Below are positions 36,218 to 50,881 of a stretch of DNA of 64,000 nt, piece after piece. Origin of the DNA: Camelus dromedarius. Taxonomy: Eukaryota. Numbering within the stretch: the stretch's first letter is position 1; the number at the start of each line of letters is the position of its first letter. The position numbers and the translations under genes were made by a program. The notes under the pieces are model-generated. The model worked only from the letters and a program-made list of their open reading frames with translations, was not told the origin of the DNA and searched no databases. The DNA is taken from positions 43,836,001 to 43,900,000 of the forward strand of contig NC_087436.1 in NCBI RefSeq assembly GCF_036321535.1, given 5' to 3'.

Positions 36218-36699
36218 TGATGGTGACGTTTGTGCAGCATCTTGACTTGGCCAGAGGGTGCCCAAATATTTGGTCAAACATTATTCTGGGTGTTTTTGTG
36301 AGGGTGATCTTGGATGAGCGTAACATCTAAATCAACAGACTGAGTAAAGCAGACTGCCTTCCCTAATATGAGGGGGCCTCATCCAACCAGTTAAAGGACC
36401 AAATGGAACAAAAGGCTGACCTCCAAAGTAAGAGAGAACTCCTCTGTCTTTGATCTGGGACACAGATCTTTTCCTGCTTTTGGACCTGAACTGAAGCATG
36501 ACCTCTCCCTGGGTCTTGAACCTGCTCTTTGGGCTGGAACTCCATCGTCAGCTCTCCTGAACCTCCAGCTTGCCAGCGGCAGCTGCTGTGACTTGTCAGC
36601 CTCCGTAATCATCCAAGTCAGTCCCTAATAATAAATCTCTGTCTACATGTATACATGTCCTATTGGTTCTGTTTTTCTGGAGAATGCTGACTAATACAA
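36218..36699. mobile_element. ERVL LTR (MLT2-like)
   Basis: cttgacttggccagagggtgcccaaatatttggtcaaacattattctgggtgt...tcctattggttctgtttttctggagaatgctgactaataca. Confidence 0.85.
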
Positions 36700-37989
36700 T
36701 GACCCAGGATGATATGGTTATAAAGAGAAAGTGTCCACTTAATGCAGTTCACCAGACTTGTTTGGTAAGTCAAGGGAGCGAGCATGCATACTGGAAAGTG
36801 TACGGACGCTGGAAATGACCTTTTGCTCTCTGAAGCAATGCCTTATTCAGGTCAATTCATCAACCTGAAACCTTCCTCTATCCTTTCCTTTTATGATGAC
36901 TTCATCTCTGCAAACACTTGTTTCCCCTCATCACCTATTATATGCACAAAACTGTGCTAGTCCCGGGGTGCTTTATTTAAAGAAAGTGTGAGGAATGATT
37001 TGTACATTTCAACGGCTTATGCACAGCCGGGGACAGAAGATGTAAGACAGTAAATGACTAAGTGTTGAAAGGAGTGAACAGCAAGTGTTACACTTTACTG
37101 TAGTTAATATTTGCTATCAGCTGGTGTAAATTTGTAAGTAATTCACATGTGTCCAGAGTGACTTTCAACAATCAAAGGGAATTTTCAGAGTCACAGACCT
37201 CAACCAGAGCCAACTCTCTCCAGAAATTTCTGAGCCCAAAGTGATAATGGAAACCAAGTTGGCTGCAGTTTTGGCCATTCAGACTCCTAAGGATCAGAAA
37301 GGAAATCTGGCCACAGAGGCTGCACAGGAGGAGGCTGCATGGCATTGGAAGGCAGCCTGCCCAGAAGTGGCTGTCATGACAGGGGCATCTGCCAGGGCTT
37401 CAGGCATTTCTGGTATGGGGACACCTCTGGGCCTGCAGAGGCTCTGAACCAGCTCAGAACTGTGAGCAACCCCTGTGGCTCTGGAACTGGAGCATTTCCT
37501 GAATATTCTGCCAGAGGACCTCCAACCTGACGTACCGGATCATCAGTCTGGGAACAGAAGCCCATTCCTTCTGGCATCTTACACCATTTTTCTGGCATCA
37601 TTTTTCTTTAGTAAAGATTTGTTAGCAGTAAACTCTCTTTTTCTTTGATTGCTCTTAAGATTGTTTCTTTGTCCTTGGTGTGCTGAGGTTTGACGACTGT
37701 GTAGCTGGCAGTGGATTTATGACTGCCTGCCTGCCTTCCTTTCTTCTAGTTTCTTCCCTCCTTCCCTTTCCATCCTACTTGGGATTCATTGCGATTCTTG
37801 TATTTGAATGTTAATGTATTTTGGCAATTCTGGGAAATTATCAGAAATTATCTATTAAAACAGTCATTTTTTTTTCTATTTGCTCTGTTATCATTTCCTG
37901 ATCAGACATACGATAGACCCTTTCACTCCATCTTCCAAGTCACTTCTCTCTTTTATCTCCCATCTCAGATCCTCCTATGATATATCCTG

Positions 37990-38395
37990 GTGTATCAGTT
38001 GCTTAGGATTGTTGTAACAAAGTGCCACAAACTGGGTGGCTTCACAATTCTAGAGTCTGTAAGTCCAAGATCAGGGAGTCAGCAGAGCCCTGCCCTCTCT
38101 AAAGGCACTCAGAAGAATCTTTTCCAGGCCTCTCTCCTGGCTTCAGGTAGTTCCTGCTTTGTGGCAGCATAACTACAATTTTCACATGCATTCTCCCTGT
38201 GTGTGTCTATCTCCAAATTTCCTCTTTTTATAAGGATACCAGTCATAGTGGACTACCCTATCTTAGTATGATCTCATCTTAACTAATTATAGCTGTAATA
38301 ATTCTATTTCCAAATAAGATCACAGTCTGAGGTACTTGGGGTTATAACTTCAACATCTGAATTTGGTGGTGGTGGGGACACAATTTACCCATAAG
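37990..38395 (-). mobile_element. MaLR LTR (MLT1A/B-like)
   Basis: tgtatcagttgcttaggattgttgtaacaaagtgccacaaactgggtggctt...tttccaaataagatcacagtctgaggtact...ggggacacaatttacccataa. Confidence 0.85.
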
Positions 38396-38404
38396 AATTG
38401 GCTC

Positions 38405-38590
38405 CATCACTTTGCTGTGTGAATTGGGGCAAGTTTCTTAACATCTCTGTGTCTCAGTTCCCTCATCTGTAAAATGGGGATAATAATAGCATCTACCTCA
38501 TAGGGTTTTGTGAGGATTAATTAAATTAGTATATAAATGGCTTAAAGCAGGGCTTCTTGGCATATAGTAAGAAATTTACATGTTTACCAT
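38405..38590. mobile_element. MIR SINE (similar MIR cores at about 34560-34770, 45815-45960 and 62455-62625)
   Basis: MIR core ggcaagtttcttaacatctctgtgtctcagttccctcatctgtaaaatggggataataatag. Confidence 0.85.
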
Positions 38591-39513
38591 TATTGTTATA
38601 GTCATCAACCACCTTTCCAAGAAATGTACTTCTACTATTTAAGAGTCACCCGATTTCTCTCTTTTTTTCTTGTCCTACTTATTTCTTAGATTATTTGGAT
38701 TTAGGTAAACAACAGGATCTACTTTAAAAGTCTTGGCTTATAGGTGCTTGGCTTAAACTACACATACGGTATAAAATTAGGTCTTAAGCCCAGTGAGGAC
38801 CACCTGTGATCACTAATTTTCAGGTGAGTTTTTGCTTAAAGTTGTCATCAAGAACTAAGGCCAAACAAAAATTTTCCAGGTTATTTGCCTCAGCTGGGTG
38901 ACATATTTTAAGCTAATCTTTTTCTTGAGGATGGAGCCATTCCTGAGTCCCTGCTTTATATGGTGGTCACTATGCTCGTTCCCTTCCAGGTGTGACTTTG
39001 GTCACTAGCTGCTCCTGCACTCCGCCCCTGCCCAGAACGTCTACGCCGGGTGTCTTAAGGGTTCAGTGTTCATTTATATCCCTGGATATGCTTCCTCCCC
39101 GGCCTCAGAGGATTTTTCTGCCTTTTTGTAGGCTCACCCATTTAATTAGAAGTGTGGCTTTCATGGTTTAACTCGCCTTTTTTGCCACCATTTTTAGTGA
39201 GGAGTGTTTAAGACTCTCTGCCCTATCATATGGCCAGGAACTCTGTTTTTCTGATTTGTGCAATGAGGTTAATGTTCCCTAATGGGTTTGAAATCATGTA
39301 TATAAAACATCCAGCCCAATGGCTGACATAATGTGGGTCCTCCATATGTGGTACCTGTTATTAATGAGGACGAGGAAAAAGGAGTCAAATTATGAAAACA
39401 TACACTTTAAGCCATTTTCCCCAGTCCTTTTGAAGTCTCATAAACAGTAACTTAACAGAAGGGGGAGATTAGTCTATTTTACATTAATGTTAGAGATTTT
39501 TTTTAAGCAATAC

Positions 39514-39667
39514 CTTCCCAGAGTTTCTTCTTGATGAAGATGATGAACCCAAAATGCATTTCTTTGTCTGCCTTTCTTCTTCACATTCAGATAGTCCCCC
39601 AAATAGACAACAGTTTCCTGGGCTGTCCACAGTTCAGATTTCTTGGAATATTTTAACAAAAGAGCAT
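39514..39667 (-). CDS. ALPK1: ALPK1 coding exon (154 nt, start of kinase domain)
   Basis: ccag|AT GCT...GGA AG|gtattg; [51 protein letters not shown]. Confidence 0.96.
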
Positions 39668-41937
39668 CTGGGAAAAAAAAGATAAGATGAAGTACTGATC
39701 TTATTTTTCAAAAGGATGTTACAATTCATAGATAAATTGAAGGAACACAGATACCAATCCAGCTCATCTGAAATCTTCAACTTCTTTATATATTTTCTCA
39801 AATTTTATCCTTCTCTATGACTATTACTAAAAATTACTGAAGTACAATACAAAGGTAAAGCTTTAGAAATTACAATGAAGAATAGCCTTTGGTTCACAAA
39901 ATCTCGTTTGTGATGGCAAGGTGTTAAGGCCAGAACTTCTGTATGAAAGTAATGAAAAATAAAGGGCTTTTAAAACAGCAAAACCCCAAAGACCATCTTG
40001 GAACAACTGAAAAGTGCTTACATCTTCTAATCATCTGGGGACCTCAAATAATAGAGGCTGCCACTTATGCCAGGTCACACAGATAAAAATAAATGGAATA
40101 ATTTTATCCCAGAGGCTCCTGGCAACTCCAGGGTTCCTAGATTACATATGCAAATACACCTTAATTTTCTCTCACATATTTTGTTTAAATTGGGAAGGTC
40201 CAGGAATTACTGAGAAAATATAGCTACTGTACAAAGATGCACACTCAACTGAAAAAGGAAAGGATAAAAGGAAAAATAAGGGCTGTTTCCACCTTAAAGA
40301 AAGGAAGACCAGTGCTAGCAAGAAAGCATCTGTTTGAGAGGGAAGACCAACATGAACTCTAAGGAAGAAATGCAACATTTTGGGATCCAAGTTAAAATGA
40401 AGTGAACGAGGATCTCCTGTGTCTAGGTTGTGACAAAGGATAAATGAACAGGAAACTCAGGACATAAAATACTTAAAGTGAGATAAACCCATTGGTCTGG
40501 GATGGGGGAGGGAGATGACTGGGGTTGGGAGAGATGGTGACCAGAGTGGGCGACTTAATCAGAGAAGCTGGAGAAGGAGATGGAAGGTGAGCTGTTTGTA
40601 CACACACGTAGAGAGGGCAGTGAACTGGGGGGAAGAAGCAAGGGAAGTACCCCTAGTTCTGTTTCTTAAGCTTTGGGTCTTGCTTTCTCCATCATGTTTT
40701 ACTTACCCAGACATTGACACACAGACAAAACAATAAAGCAGCTACCTAACTTTCAGAAATGTGATTCTCAAACTGCAGTCAGCAGAGAAACCCTTTTATT
40801 AGAAAATTTTGCTTCTTTTGGCAACAACCTAATCTGTATTTTAGCCTGACTTCGTGGCGGCAGGCAAAACACTGAAGTACTCTGAAACAGAAATTCTCCA
40901 CATTGGCTTTACATGAAATCACTGGGGAGCTCTTAAAAAATACGGATGCCTGTGTCCATTCCGCAGAGCCATTAGATTGAAATTCTGGGGTGAGGCACTG
41001 GAAATTTTGAAAAGCTAAAAAGCCCCTGTGGGGCTTCTCATGCGGTGCCAGTGTTGAGAACTACTATTTTAGTACCCAGTGCTTAGCAATCCACACAGTT
41101 GTTCCCTCTGAAATGCATTCTGCAATAGTTTTTTCTCACTCAAATAATTCTTCAGTATCTTGGAGGGCATTACATTGTGATCTTCTGGGCTAAGAGAAGA
41201 ACTTTGTTTTGTTTTCTTCCAAGCTTCTCCACCACTTCTAAGCTGTATTAGATGCACTGACTGCTGGGTGACCCCAGCCCAGGCTCCCTGCTTTGGGAAG
41301 AGACCGCAGGTGGGTCTCTAAGCAGGAAGCAGTTGCTAATTGCAACAGGACAGGGCACTGGATCAATCCATTGGCTGGTAAGAAACCACTTAGGTGGACA
41401 GGTGTGAAAATCTCTGCCCACTAGAAAGGATAATGTGCAACTAGGTCACATTCTGTTTGCCTAGGACTGGAATGTGAAAAAAAAAATCAGCTGATTGGTA
41501 GTGAGAATCAATGGAGAGGACAGATGCTGAGTGGATATGACACCCTGAGCTGTTTTTTTTTTTTTTTTGAAGTTTTGAATATTTTATTTTATTTTATTAT
41601 TATTATTTTTTTTTAACATTTTTTATTCTCCCTGAGCTGTTTTAAACCTGACTGATGACTATTCCCGAGTCCTGTAAGATTCTCGGCTTCCTTATTGCCT
41701 TGTGTGTCTTTACAACAATCCTCAATGTATGAGGTGGCTTGAGTGAGCCTCTGTTCTTTGCAACCTTTAGAGTCCAACACACAAACAATGAAGGAGGCCC
41801 CTGAAGTACACATTTCTCTGTATCTTCACAAAGTGTAACAGGGGTCTGTGTCTTTTATGAGCTTTAAGTGATCTATACAACAAAAGCTCCAGAGGGCCCC
41901 AAACGCACAGAGATGCTTCCTGAAATGTTGTACTTAC

Positions 41938-44071
41938 TGTGTGCTCCATAGAGTTGACCGGACTTGAAAACTCCTGTATTCTCCAGTCTCTGGGACAGCC
42001 AGTCATGCCTCACCCCGGCCAAGAGTTTTTCAAAGTCATCAGGCTGCAGAGTGCGAGCCTCAAGGATCTCTTGCCTTGTTGTTCCTGGCAATGAAACAAA
42101 AGAACTTCCACTGGAATTCAGAAGGGACCATGGGTTTTCTCCCTCAGAAGAACCACTGGAAAGTGCAGGTGATTTCAACCACCATGCCGCAGACGAGCTG
42201 GAGTTCTGGCTGCAGTGTAGCAGGTTTCCAGGTTCATCTGCTTCCTCTGTGGTAGCACAGTCCTCGCTGAGGACAGGGATGGAAATGTCACCTCTTACTG
42301 AGGAATTAGGGATCTCGGCCTGCAGACCGCACAGCGGTCTCAGAGCACAAGGTCGGTAAGAGCCATGTGTGCTGGTGGCATGAACATCCGCGCCGTCCAG
42401 CAGTTGGCTCTCCTCATCCACTGTGGAGGCGTCCGGGTCAACGCTCTGCCCTTTGACTGAGCCACCGCTTTTCCCAGAGTCAGGATTTTGACCAGGCCAA
42501 TGAGAAGTGGAAGAGCCACATGCTACTGTGGAGCTTCGGCCGAAAGAGTCGCCCACGACTGCATGTAAGTCTAAGGGCACGTCTTCTGCTCGTTCTGCTG
42601 TTTCTCCTTCTGGGTCAACCCAGCAGGGGCTATCTTTAAATGCAGGGCCTATGTCTCCTTTGATTTCTTCTCCCTTCTCTTCTCCATGTCTGTCTTTGGT
42701 GTCACAGTTGACTTCTGGAAACTTATCAATTATTTCAAAGGTTTCTTCTTCTTGGATTGAAGGATCTGTGGCCTTTTTTTTGGGCCAAGCAGAATCAGAA
42801 GACCAAGAAGCAGAACCAGAGGAGGATCTGGGGCAAGCAGAAGTATTTCTGGACCCTGCATGTCTGAAGTCCTGCATACCTTCTGGAGCATCTTCTAACA
42901 TACCTGCACCCGTGGCCAACAAAGTGCCTGTTGTGCTACGAGGAGGGAAGGTTGTCAAGGGCATGTGTTTGTGTAGCTGACTTTGAGAAGACTCTAAACT
43001 GTCATCCTTGGACACCTGGAGAGAGAGATCACGAAGCTCTGAAGACAGTGGATGCACAGCTCTGCTCTCCCCAGTGATCTCCAGCTCTTCGGACAGGGCC
43101 GTGGAACACTGTGTGTCCACAAGACGTTCTTCCTTGCTAGGCTCTCTTCTAGTTGACCTATCATCAACATGATAATTCACTTCCTCCCAACTTGTAGAAG
43201 AACTAAACTCTGATAACTTGCTCCAAGAACTGGAGGTCTGGCTGTTACTCAGAGACTTGTTCAAGACAGCTCCCCCACCATTGCTGTGGTCTGGTGACTC
43301 AGCCTCAGTCTCCACCTCTTCATCCACGGAGACTCGAAATACATCAGAACGGGTCCAGTTTCTCCTTCCTACCCTTCTGAGTTTCTCCTGACCATTCTTA
43401 GCCATTTGGGAGGAAGATACTACCATGCCTTTTTCAAAACGTGGTTTGTCCTCAGTAGTACTCATAGTATCTATGTTTTTTGTTTCTGTTTTTAGATCAG
43501 TGATGCAGACTCCCACTTTTGTATCTTTCTGTTTATTTTTGTTGTTTCCACAAGTGCTTTTAAATATTTCACACACTGAAGTATGGTGCTGTGAATAGGT
43601 TTCAAGAATTTTTTGGAAATCCACTTGCCCATGCAAGATGAGTTTCTCCAACCCACAGCTGAAACCCTCTGGAACATAAGACTTGCCATCTAAATTTGAG
43701 AAGCCTTGAACTTGTAAATGTTCCTTCACCCGAGTGATAACAGACATAATTTCCTGAGAGATAGCTTCTCTCTCTTGACTTCTGGAGGACATACTGAAAG
43801 TGTACAGCTTTCCCATGGCTTCACTACAGAGCTGACGTGCTGCGTGGACTGTCTCTGTTTCCCCATGGAGTCTCTGGTGCACTGTGGTGAGGCCAAAACC
43901 AGCTTTGAGAAAACTATGGAGCTCCTGTTTCCCAGTAACTGTTTCATCACGCTTCTTGGTGAGGAGGCCAATCTCAAAGGCCTCTTTGGCTTCACACAGA
44001 TATGAATTTTTCACTCCTACAGGACAGTCATTAGAACTACTATATGACAACAGGCATGTGCCACGAATATT
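41938..44071 (-). CDS. ALPK1: ALPK1 large coding exon (2134 nt: end of N-terminal domain plus Ser/acidic-rich linker)
   Basis: ctcag|AAT ATT CGT ([15 protein letters not shown]...) to GCA CAC A|gtaagt; uninterrupted frame; phases match both neighbouring exons. Confidence 0.96.
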
Positions 44072-44414
44072 CTGAGGAAAATACCAAATACAAAATCAGA
44101 CATTGAATTAAAAACTGGAGATGAATCAGGGAAAACGTCTCATTCCTGGAGGACAATCACTAGAAATATTAAAAAAAAAAACTGTGCCATGCGTATTCTA
44201 AGAAAAATATACAAACATTGAATCAAGGACCCAAGGTCTTTTTGGTGCATCAGGAGAAGGGACCAGGATGCACGTGACTGGCCCTGATGACACATTCGTT
44301 GTTGCTGTGCTGCTGTTAGCGTCAGCAAGCACAGTCTATACATGGAACGTGGACATGGTAATTTTGCTATATACAAATACATCATTTATTTAATAATAGT
44401 CAAAATAATAGAAT

Positions 44415-44590
44415 AGTGGCTTCCAAACCCTTTTGTGCATTTGAATCACCTGGGCAGTATTTCAGAATGAAAGATTTCTGAGTAGAAATCCCAGGGGTTT
44501 ACACTGAGTGGATTGAGGGTAGAGCCTAGAAAGATGTATTTTGAAAGGGCTTTTAGGTGATTCTGGTGTGCCTGGGAACTGCTGTTCTGG
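44415..44590. mobile_element. MER5-like DNA transposon (similar copies at about 14715-14880 and 40890-41060)
   Basis: tgcatttgaatcacctggg...gagcctagaaagatgtattttgaaagggcttttaggtgattctg. Confidence 0.6.
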
Positions 44591-44796
44591 AGCAGATAAC
44601 ATCATATCCTCCAACAGCACTGACTTAGCTCCCATCAGAGTGTCACCACTCTAACTGATAAAACCTTGACATATGTGAAGTCTGACCACAGCGATCTAAT
44701 GATGTGCACCAAGCCTATTTTAAGGTTAGACCTTCCCCTCCACTGGTTACGTCTGACACTGGGGAGAGGAGCGATGAAGGGCTGTAGTCTATTTAC

Positions 44797-44901
44797 CATG
44801 GCCGTGAGCACGAAGAGGGGCGTGTAGGGACTGAAGGCAGCTGCCAGCTTGCAGGCCTCCGCGGCTGACAGCAGATGATGGTCAAACTCCTTCAGCAAGC
44901 C
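44797..44901 (-). CDS. ALPK1: ALPK1 coding exon (105 nt)
   Basis: cacag|GGC TTG...GCC ATG|gtaaat; [35 protein letters not shown]. Confidence 0.95.
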
Positions 44902-46487
44902 CTGTGAGAAAACAGGAGGCTGAGTGCATTGCTGACAGTTATTTATCCATTAGCAAAAGACAGGCCGTACAATTCCTTTGCTTTTCTTTCAGGATGCTGA
45001 GGGATGCCCTGCCCCTCATCCCAAACATTTCAGAGAGAGTAAGTGGGTCAAAAGACTGTCCAGGTCTCCCCTACACCCACACACCATCCATCCCCAACCC
45101 GCACTGCAGAGAAGGCCTAGTATGTGTAAACATTCACAATGCCTGCCTGTGCAAAATAATTCAGGCAAGTTTCTTTGGAGGATTGTGCAGTTCTTTGTTT
45201 GCAGAACTCTGAATGTTTTATAGTCAGATTCACTGATGATTTCTGCATTGTTCTTGGTAAAGAGACCTTTAATGTATGATTTCACGGCAATTAAGATTCA
45301 TTCATTTATTCTGGAAATACGTATTGAGTACCTCCATGTGCTATGTACTGGTCTAGCCACAAAAGAGAGTGCAGACTGTAAGCCTGCAATGAACTTGTTT
45401 TCTTTTGAGGGGAGGGGATCAGTCAATACACCAAATATGTAAAAGGCATAGTATTCAAGATGGCGATAAGGGTTGCAGACAAATACAAAGTGGGAAGGGG
45501 CAGGAGGACCAGGGTGGAAGGGCAGTTTGCAGTTTTAAACAGTCATCAGAGACAACTTCACTGAACGGGGGATATAACCCTTCTCTTGTGTTTCGGTCTG
45601 CCTGACAGCAAAAGCAACATTTTGCTAAGATTCAGACTGCTAGCAGCAAGCTGTATGTGTTCTTGTGCTACACTAACCAGTGTTGAGTACAGTTACTACT
45701 GTTGCTTTGGTAGTTTTAAAAAAGGCAATACTGATGATATGATTAAAAAACCTCAATTTCAGTGCAGGGCAGGACAGCAGTCAATGCCTGTGCTAATGCT
45801 CCAGACTGTTTAGAGACTGGCTTTTGCTCCCAGTTCTCTTTCTCACTGGTTGTGGAAACTGAAGAGGTCACTTAGTTTCTTTGAACCTTAGTTTATTTTT
45901 CTCTAAAATGGGAATAAAACATTTTGCTCTGCTTATCTTGTAGGTATATGTGGATCATACACACATATACATATGCTTTTTGAGTTACAGAGCAATAAAT
46001 AATTCATAATTATTCAATTATGTTCATAATAATTCAAATGTTCATAATCTTTATTATTACGGATAAGAGCCTGGACAAGTGACTGACGCTCTGATTTGAA
46101 CAGATGGTAATTAAGGTTTTAAAATTATTACCCCCCTGCTTTATCATTGAGATAGCCCAAGTGTGGAAACTAAATGTTGTGATAATTTGAAAGGAAATCA
46201 TGAGGTTCAAAGTATTTATCACTCTGATTTCATTCATTCATTCACTCATTCACCAGTCTTTTTTTTTTCAGTATCCTCTGTAGGCCTGGTACTGTGCGAG
46301 ATGCTGGGATATTAAAGCCAAACAGCACACCATTGGAACTGTCCCCAGGACTGCTCACATTACTCAAAGAGGGGAGACCCCAAGCTCCCTGACTCCTGGA
46401 GAGAGAACTAACCAAGCACCCAGAATAACAGTGACAGTTTTCTAGGTGATGCCACTCTGCATGATGGTTTTGACAAATGATAATTAC

Positions 46488-46583
46488 CAAGTTAATTTCA
46501 GGATTGTTTTTAAACTTCTCAAAATCATTCTTGCTCATGGAAACAAAGATGTCTGCCAATATACCGAGTGATGTGGAAATACC
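46488..46583 (-). CDS. ALPK1: ALPK1 coding exon (96 nt; ADP-heptose pocket, ROSAH hotspot exon)
   Basis: tacag|GGT ATT...AAC TTG|gtaatt; [32 protein letters not shown]. Confidence 0.95.
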
Positions 46584-47342
46584 CTGTAAGGAAAACACAT
46601 ACAAAACACAGATTAAGAATTCACAATTGTTGCTCTCATCTCAGGGCCTAGAGTCAATGATCAGCCACCCCCACCCCATATGAACCACTGCTTATTATTA
46701 TTGTTACTGTTATTATGACACTGCAGATACTTCTCAGCCGGATGCCACTGGGCTTGGAAGGTCATCACATCCTGAGGACAAGGGCATAATGTGAACTCAG
46801 CTATTTCTTAGGTGGGCTTTGCTGGGTTATCGACACTAACTTGTCCATACTGCTTTAGGCATAAAGAATTGGCCCAAGCAGAGTCCCCACACCCCATTCC
46901 ATCTGTGTTGTTAAAAGGATCGTAGGCAGCAGCGCTGTTGACACAGCTCAGGGAAATGTGTAACCCAATGCTTCAGGTAATGAGAATGTTCTCACAGAAT
47001 TACAGAGAATGAACACATCAAGTAAGAAAGCAAATGTTGCTTCCCAGTTTCTTGAATAAGGGTTATGACATAAACAGTTAATTGAAACCTTTTCTCACTC
47101 AACTGAAGGAAAACGATTTTACGTATTAGCAACTTGGCCATCTCAACTTTGCTACGGAACCAGGTAAAGGCTAAATATATAATAAAATAGATATCAGTAG
47201 AAATAAATGGATCAATAGAAATAAATATGTAGATAGCAACAAATAAATATAGAAACACTAAATATATGCCAGGAGTCTAGCTGTGAGGGAGGACACAGCA
47301 AGACTCAGAGGAAGTTACCAAACGTGTCTGGTCCGATGCTTA

Positions 47343-47759
<417 letters not shown>

Positions 47760-48121
47760 TTATTATATATTACATGTGTACATATATAATATATTAATAT
47801 ACAAATAGTTATCTTCATTATTTACAAGAATACTATTCTCTGTTAAAAAAATTCAAAGACATTAGTTTGCATTTTAAAGTATAGTTAGGGTTAGGGTCCT
47901 ATAACCTTTGCTTGTAAAACTCAGGAATACCTTCCGAGCAATGAATGGGTAAGTGTCAGGGTGGGTTTAGAATAAGGTGTCACTATCTCACACGGAGTCC
48001 TGCTGAACAGAGAGCCAGATGCCAGAAGTAATACCGAGAACCCGGTGGTTAACGGTCATGATATACAACTGTAAATCTTAACAAAGCTCAACAGAAAAAT
48101 ATTTTGTTTTGTTAATGTTCA

Positions 48122-48502
<381 letters not shown>

Positions 48503-48799
48503 TTACCTGCATTTCGAGTAAGGTTCAAACTCCTTGCTGCAAACCACAAGACTTCACAGAACTGACTCCTGCCTCGTCGCCACCTCTTCCCCTTACCAAC
48601 TGGGCTCTGCCACACAGCTTCATTTGTGTTCCTTATAAGAGCAGGCTTCTCTTGCTTCGTGGTATCTGCACTTGCCATTCCTTCTGTCTGGGATCCATCT
48701 CCCTCTGGCTCCTATTTCAGGGCTCACCCTCAATTCTATGCCTCCAAGGCTTTCCCAGGTTAACTAACTACAGTGTTACCCCCACTGTCTTGTGGTTAC

Positions 48800-49155
48800 C
48801 TCGTGAAGGGCGGGATCCACCCCATCCGCCCAAAATTGGTTTGGATGTTGAAACAGATGACTCTAACGTGCACTAAGAAGGTATGAAAAAATCTAGTGCT
48901 CATATAACAAGGCTTACATGAGGAGGGCAGGGAGGGCACACAAGCTGGTTCATTGGACTTGAGCAAAGGCAGTGGTCAGTAGCTTTAGTTTTTATTTTGA
49001 TTAGGGTGTGGGGCTGGGGTAAAGGTTCCCACAAGCTGGGCAGGGGCTTAAAAAATACCCAGCCTGTTCAGATGTGGGACAAAGGAGGAAGCAGCTGGGG
49101 CCTGACAGCTGTCAGTGGCTAAACATCAAAGATAGAGTCAGACTCACTATGACAC
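48800..49155 (-). mobile_element. Solo LTR, LTR75-like (copy 2)
   Basis: Ends cagctgtcagtggctaaacatcaaagatagagtcagactcactatgaca; collinear similarity with 18125-18511. Confidence 0.65.
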
Positions 49156-50001
49156 CCTCCCACGATTCTCTGTCATATCATCTTCCTTTTTTCTCCCTAA
49201 CTTTTAATCTGTGTGTGTGTGTGTGTGTGTGTAGGGTGTAGAAGCTGGGAAGTGTGCATACTGTAGGTTAGTGATGGTGGCCACAGATGAGAGGTGTGTG
49301 GTCAATATCCATATTCCAAACTGCCTCCCCACCGGAAATGTCTACAAGTTTCCAGGAGCTTGGGACCTTATATCCAAGCATACTGCACTTAAAAGTCTAC
49401 TGGGAATTGTGTTCAACTTATCGGGAAACTTGTTGACTTAAGTGCTTAGAAATTCAGGCAAGATATCTGAAGGCTTAAACTATTTGTTACCCAACTCTTA
49501 GGACTTCCTTTCATGCATGATTCAATATCGAAAGAAATCTGTTTTAAAATAAGTTTTTATTAAAGTTTTTCTGTAGCAAAATAAAATGTATTCCCCAAAC
49601 CATTTAAATTCAGAAAGCAGTAAGTGTGTTCTTCTGAACTTACAGGCTTAATTTCTATCCACAATTCTTTTAAAAGCTGAGGCTGAGCTCTTTCTGAGGC
49701 CCAGAGAGTTTCCTACTTTCACAGCTAACGCTGATTAGGTAACACACTCTCCAGTAAAGCACGGAAAATTTAGAAGACTTGGTTGGATTGTTTTGTTTTT
49801 GTTTTTAAATAGAGAAAATGGAAACAGAGAAGTAAGCTGCTTGACCAAAGCCACTTCATTTATCAGTGGCAAAGCCAGGGCCAGGTGGTTCTGGGAATGC
49901 CCAGCGTACAGTAACTATCAGGTCATCAAGCCGTTTTTAAATGAGAACTCTGGTAGGGGCCTGAGGGTGAAGGTCATTGTGAAGACATGGAAGCACCTTA
50001 C

Positions 50002-50061
50002 CTGTCGCTCCATTGTTGCTTATCAGACTGCTCAGGATATACTCTGCTTTTAAAAGTTTCC
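50002..50061 (-). CDS. ALPK1: ALPK1 coding exon (60 nt; too short for the ORF track)
   Basis: ttcag|GG AAA CTT TTA AAA GCA GAG TAT ATC CTG AGC AGT CTG ATA AGC AAC AAT GGA GCG ACA G|gtaag = GKLLKAEYILSSLISNNGATG; phase 1-1 fits the neighbours. Confidence 0.93.
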
Positions 50062-50881
50062 CTGAAAAGAAGCAACCAAATGCCGCACAATTAGTTCCGA
50101 ACATGTTCTTTAAATGCTCTAAGGTTAAGACATTATAACGGGGGCCATAACCTCTCTTGGAAACCTTCTATTTTAAAATTTAAAATCAATGACCACATCA
50201 TATACAAAGTGGAAAGACAGATGACATTTTCAGGAATTGGTAAGGTGGGAAGTTGTACAGTACCTGAAATTGCAATTATACACATGCATTCATATGAATG
50301 AACAATTCATTCATAGAGAGAGAGGCTTAAGAAGTTAAAATGAACCTCTGTCAAAGGCTGTGTCTGCCCTCTGTGAAAGCCACACCTGGAGAGGTGGAGT
50401 AGAGCTGCCTGTGAAGACTATGTATGGAATTATCAGGAAAAGTTGTTTTTTTTTGGGGGGGGGTAGAGAGGTTTTCTTCCTAAACATTTCACTTATTTCA
50501 CCACATGGAAGCAGCCTAATCTCTGGACAGCTATTTTCCCATAAGCAGAAAATTCAATCACTCGTCCTTTCATCTACTTCTTCTGGGTGTCTCTAAGCCC
50601 TGTATGACCTGGCCCCTGAGACTCCTTTGACCTCATCTCTAGCATTCTTTCCCTCCCTTTCACTCCTTCTGCTCTGGTTTCAGTGGCCTCCTGGCTATCC
50701 CTTGAATCTACTGGGCTCATCTCTGAACTTACAATTATTTTAGTGTGGGATACGTTTATCCCAGGTATCCACAAGGCTTGCTCCCTTCTCCTTCAGGTCT
50801 TTGCTCAAATGTCACTTCACTGTCCCATAAGGCCTTCCCTGACCACCCTATTTCAAAGTGCACACAGGACATACACCTGAC

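Noticed and set aside
41964..42980. 131-aa and 157-aa plus-strand ORFs
   Set aside because: Antisense shadows of the large ALPK1 exon.
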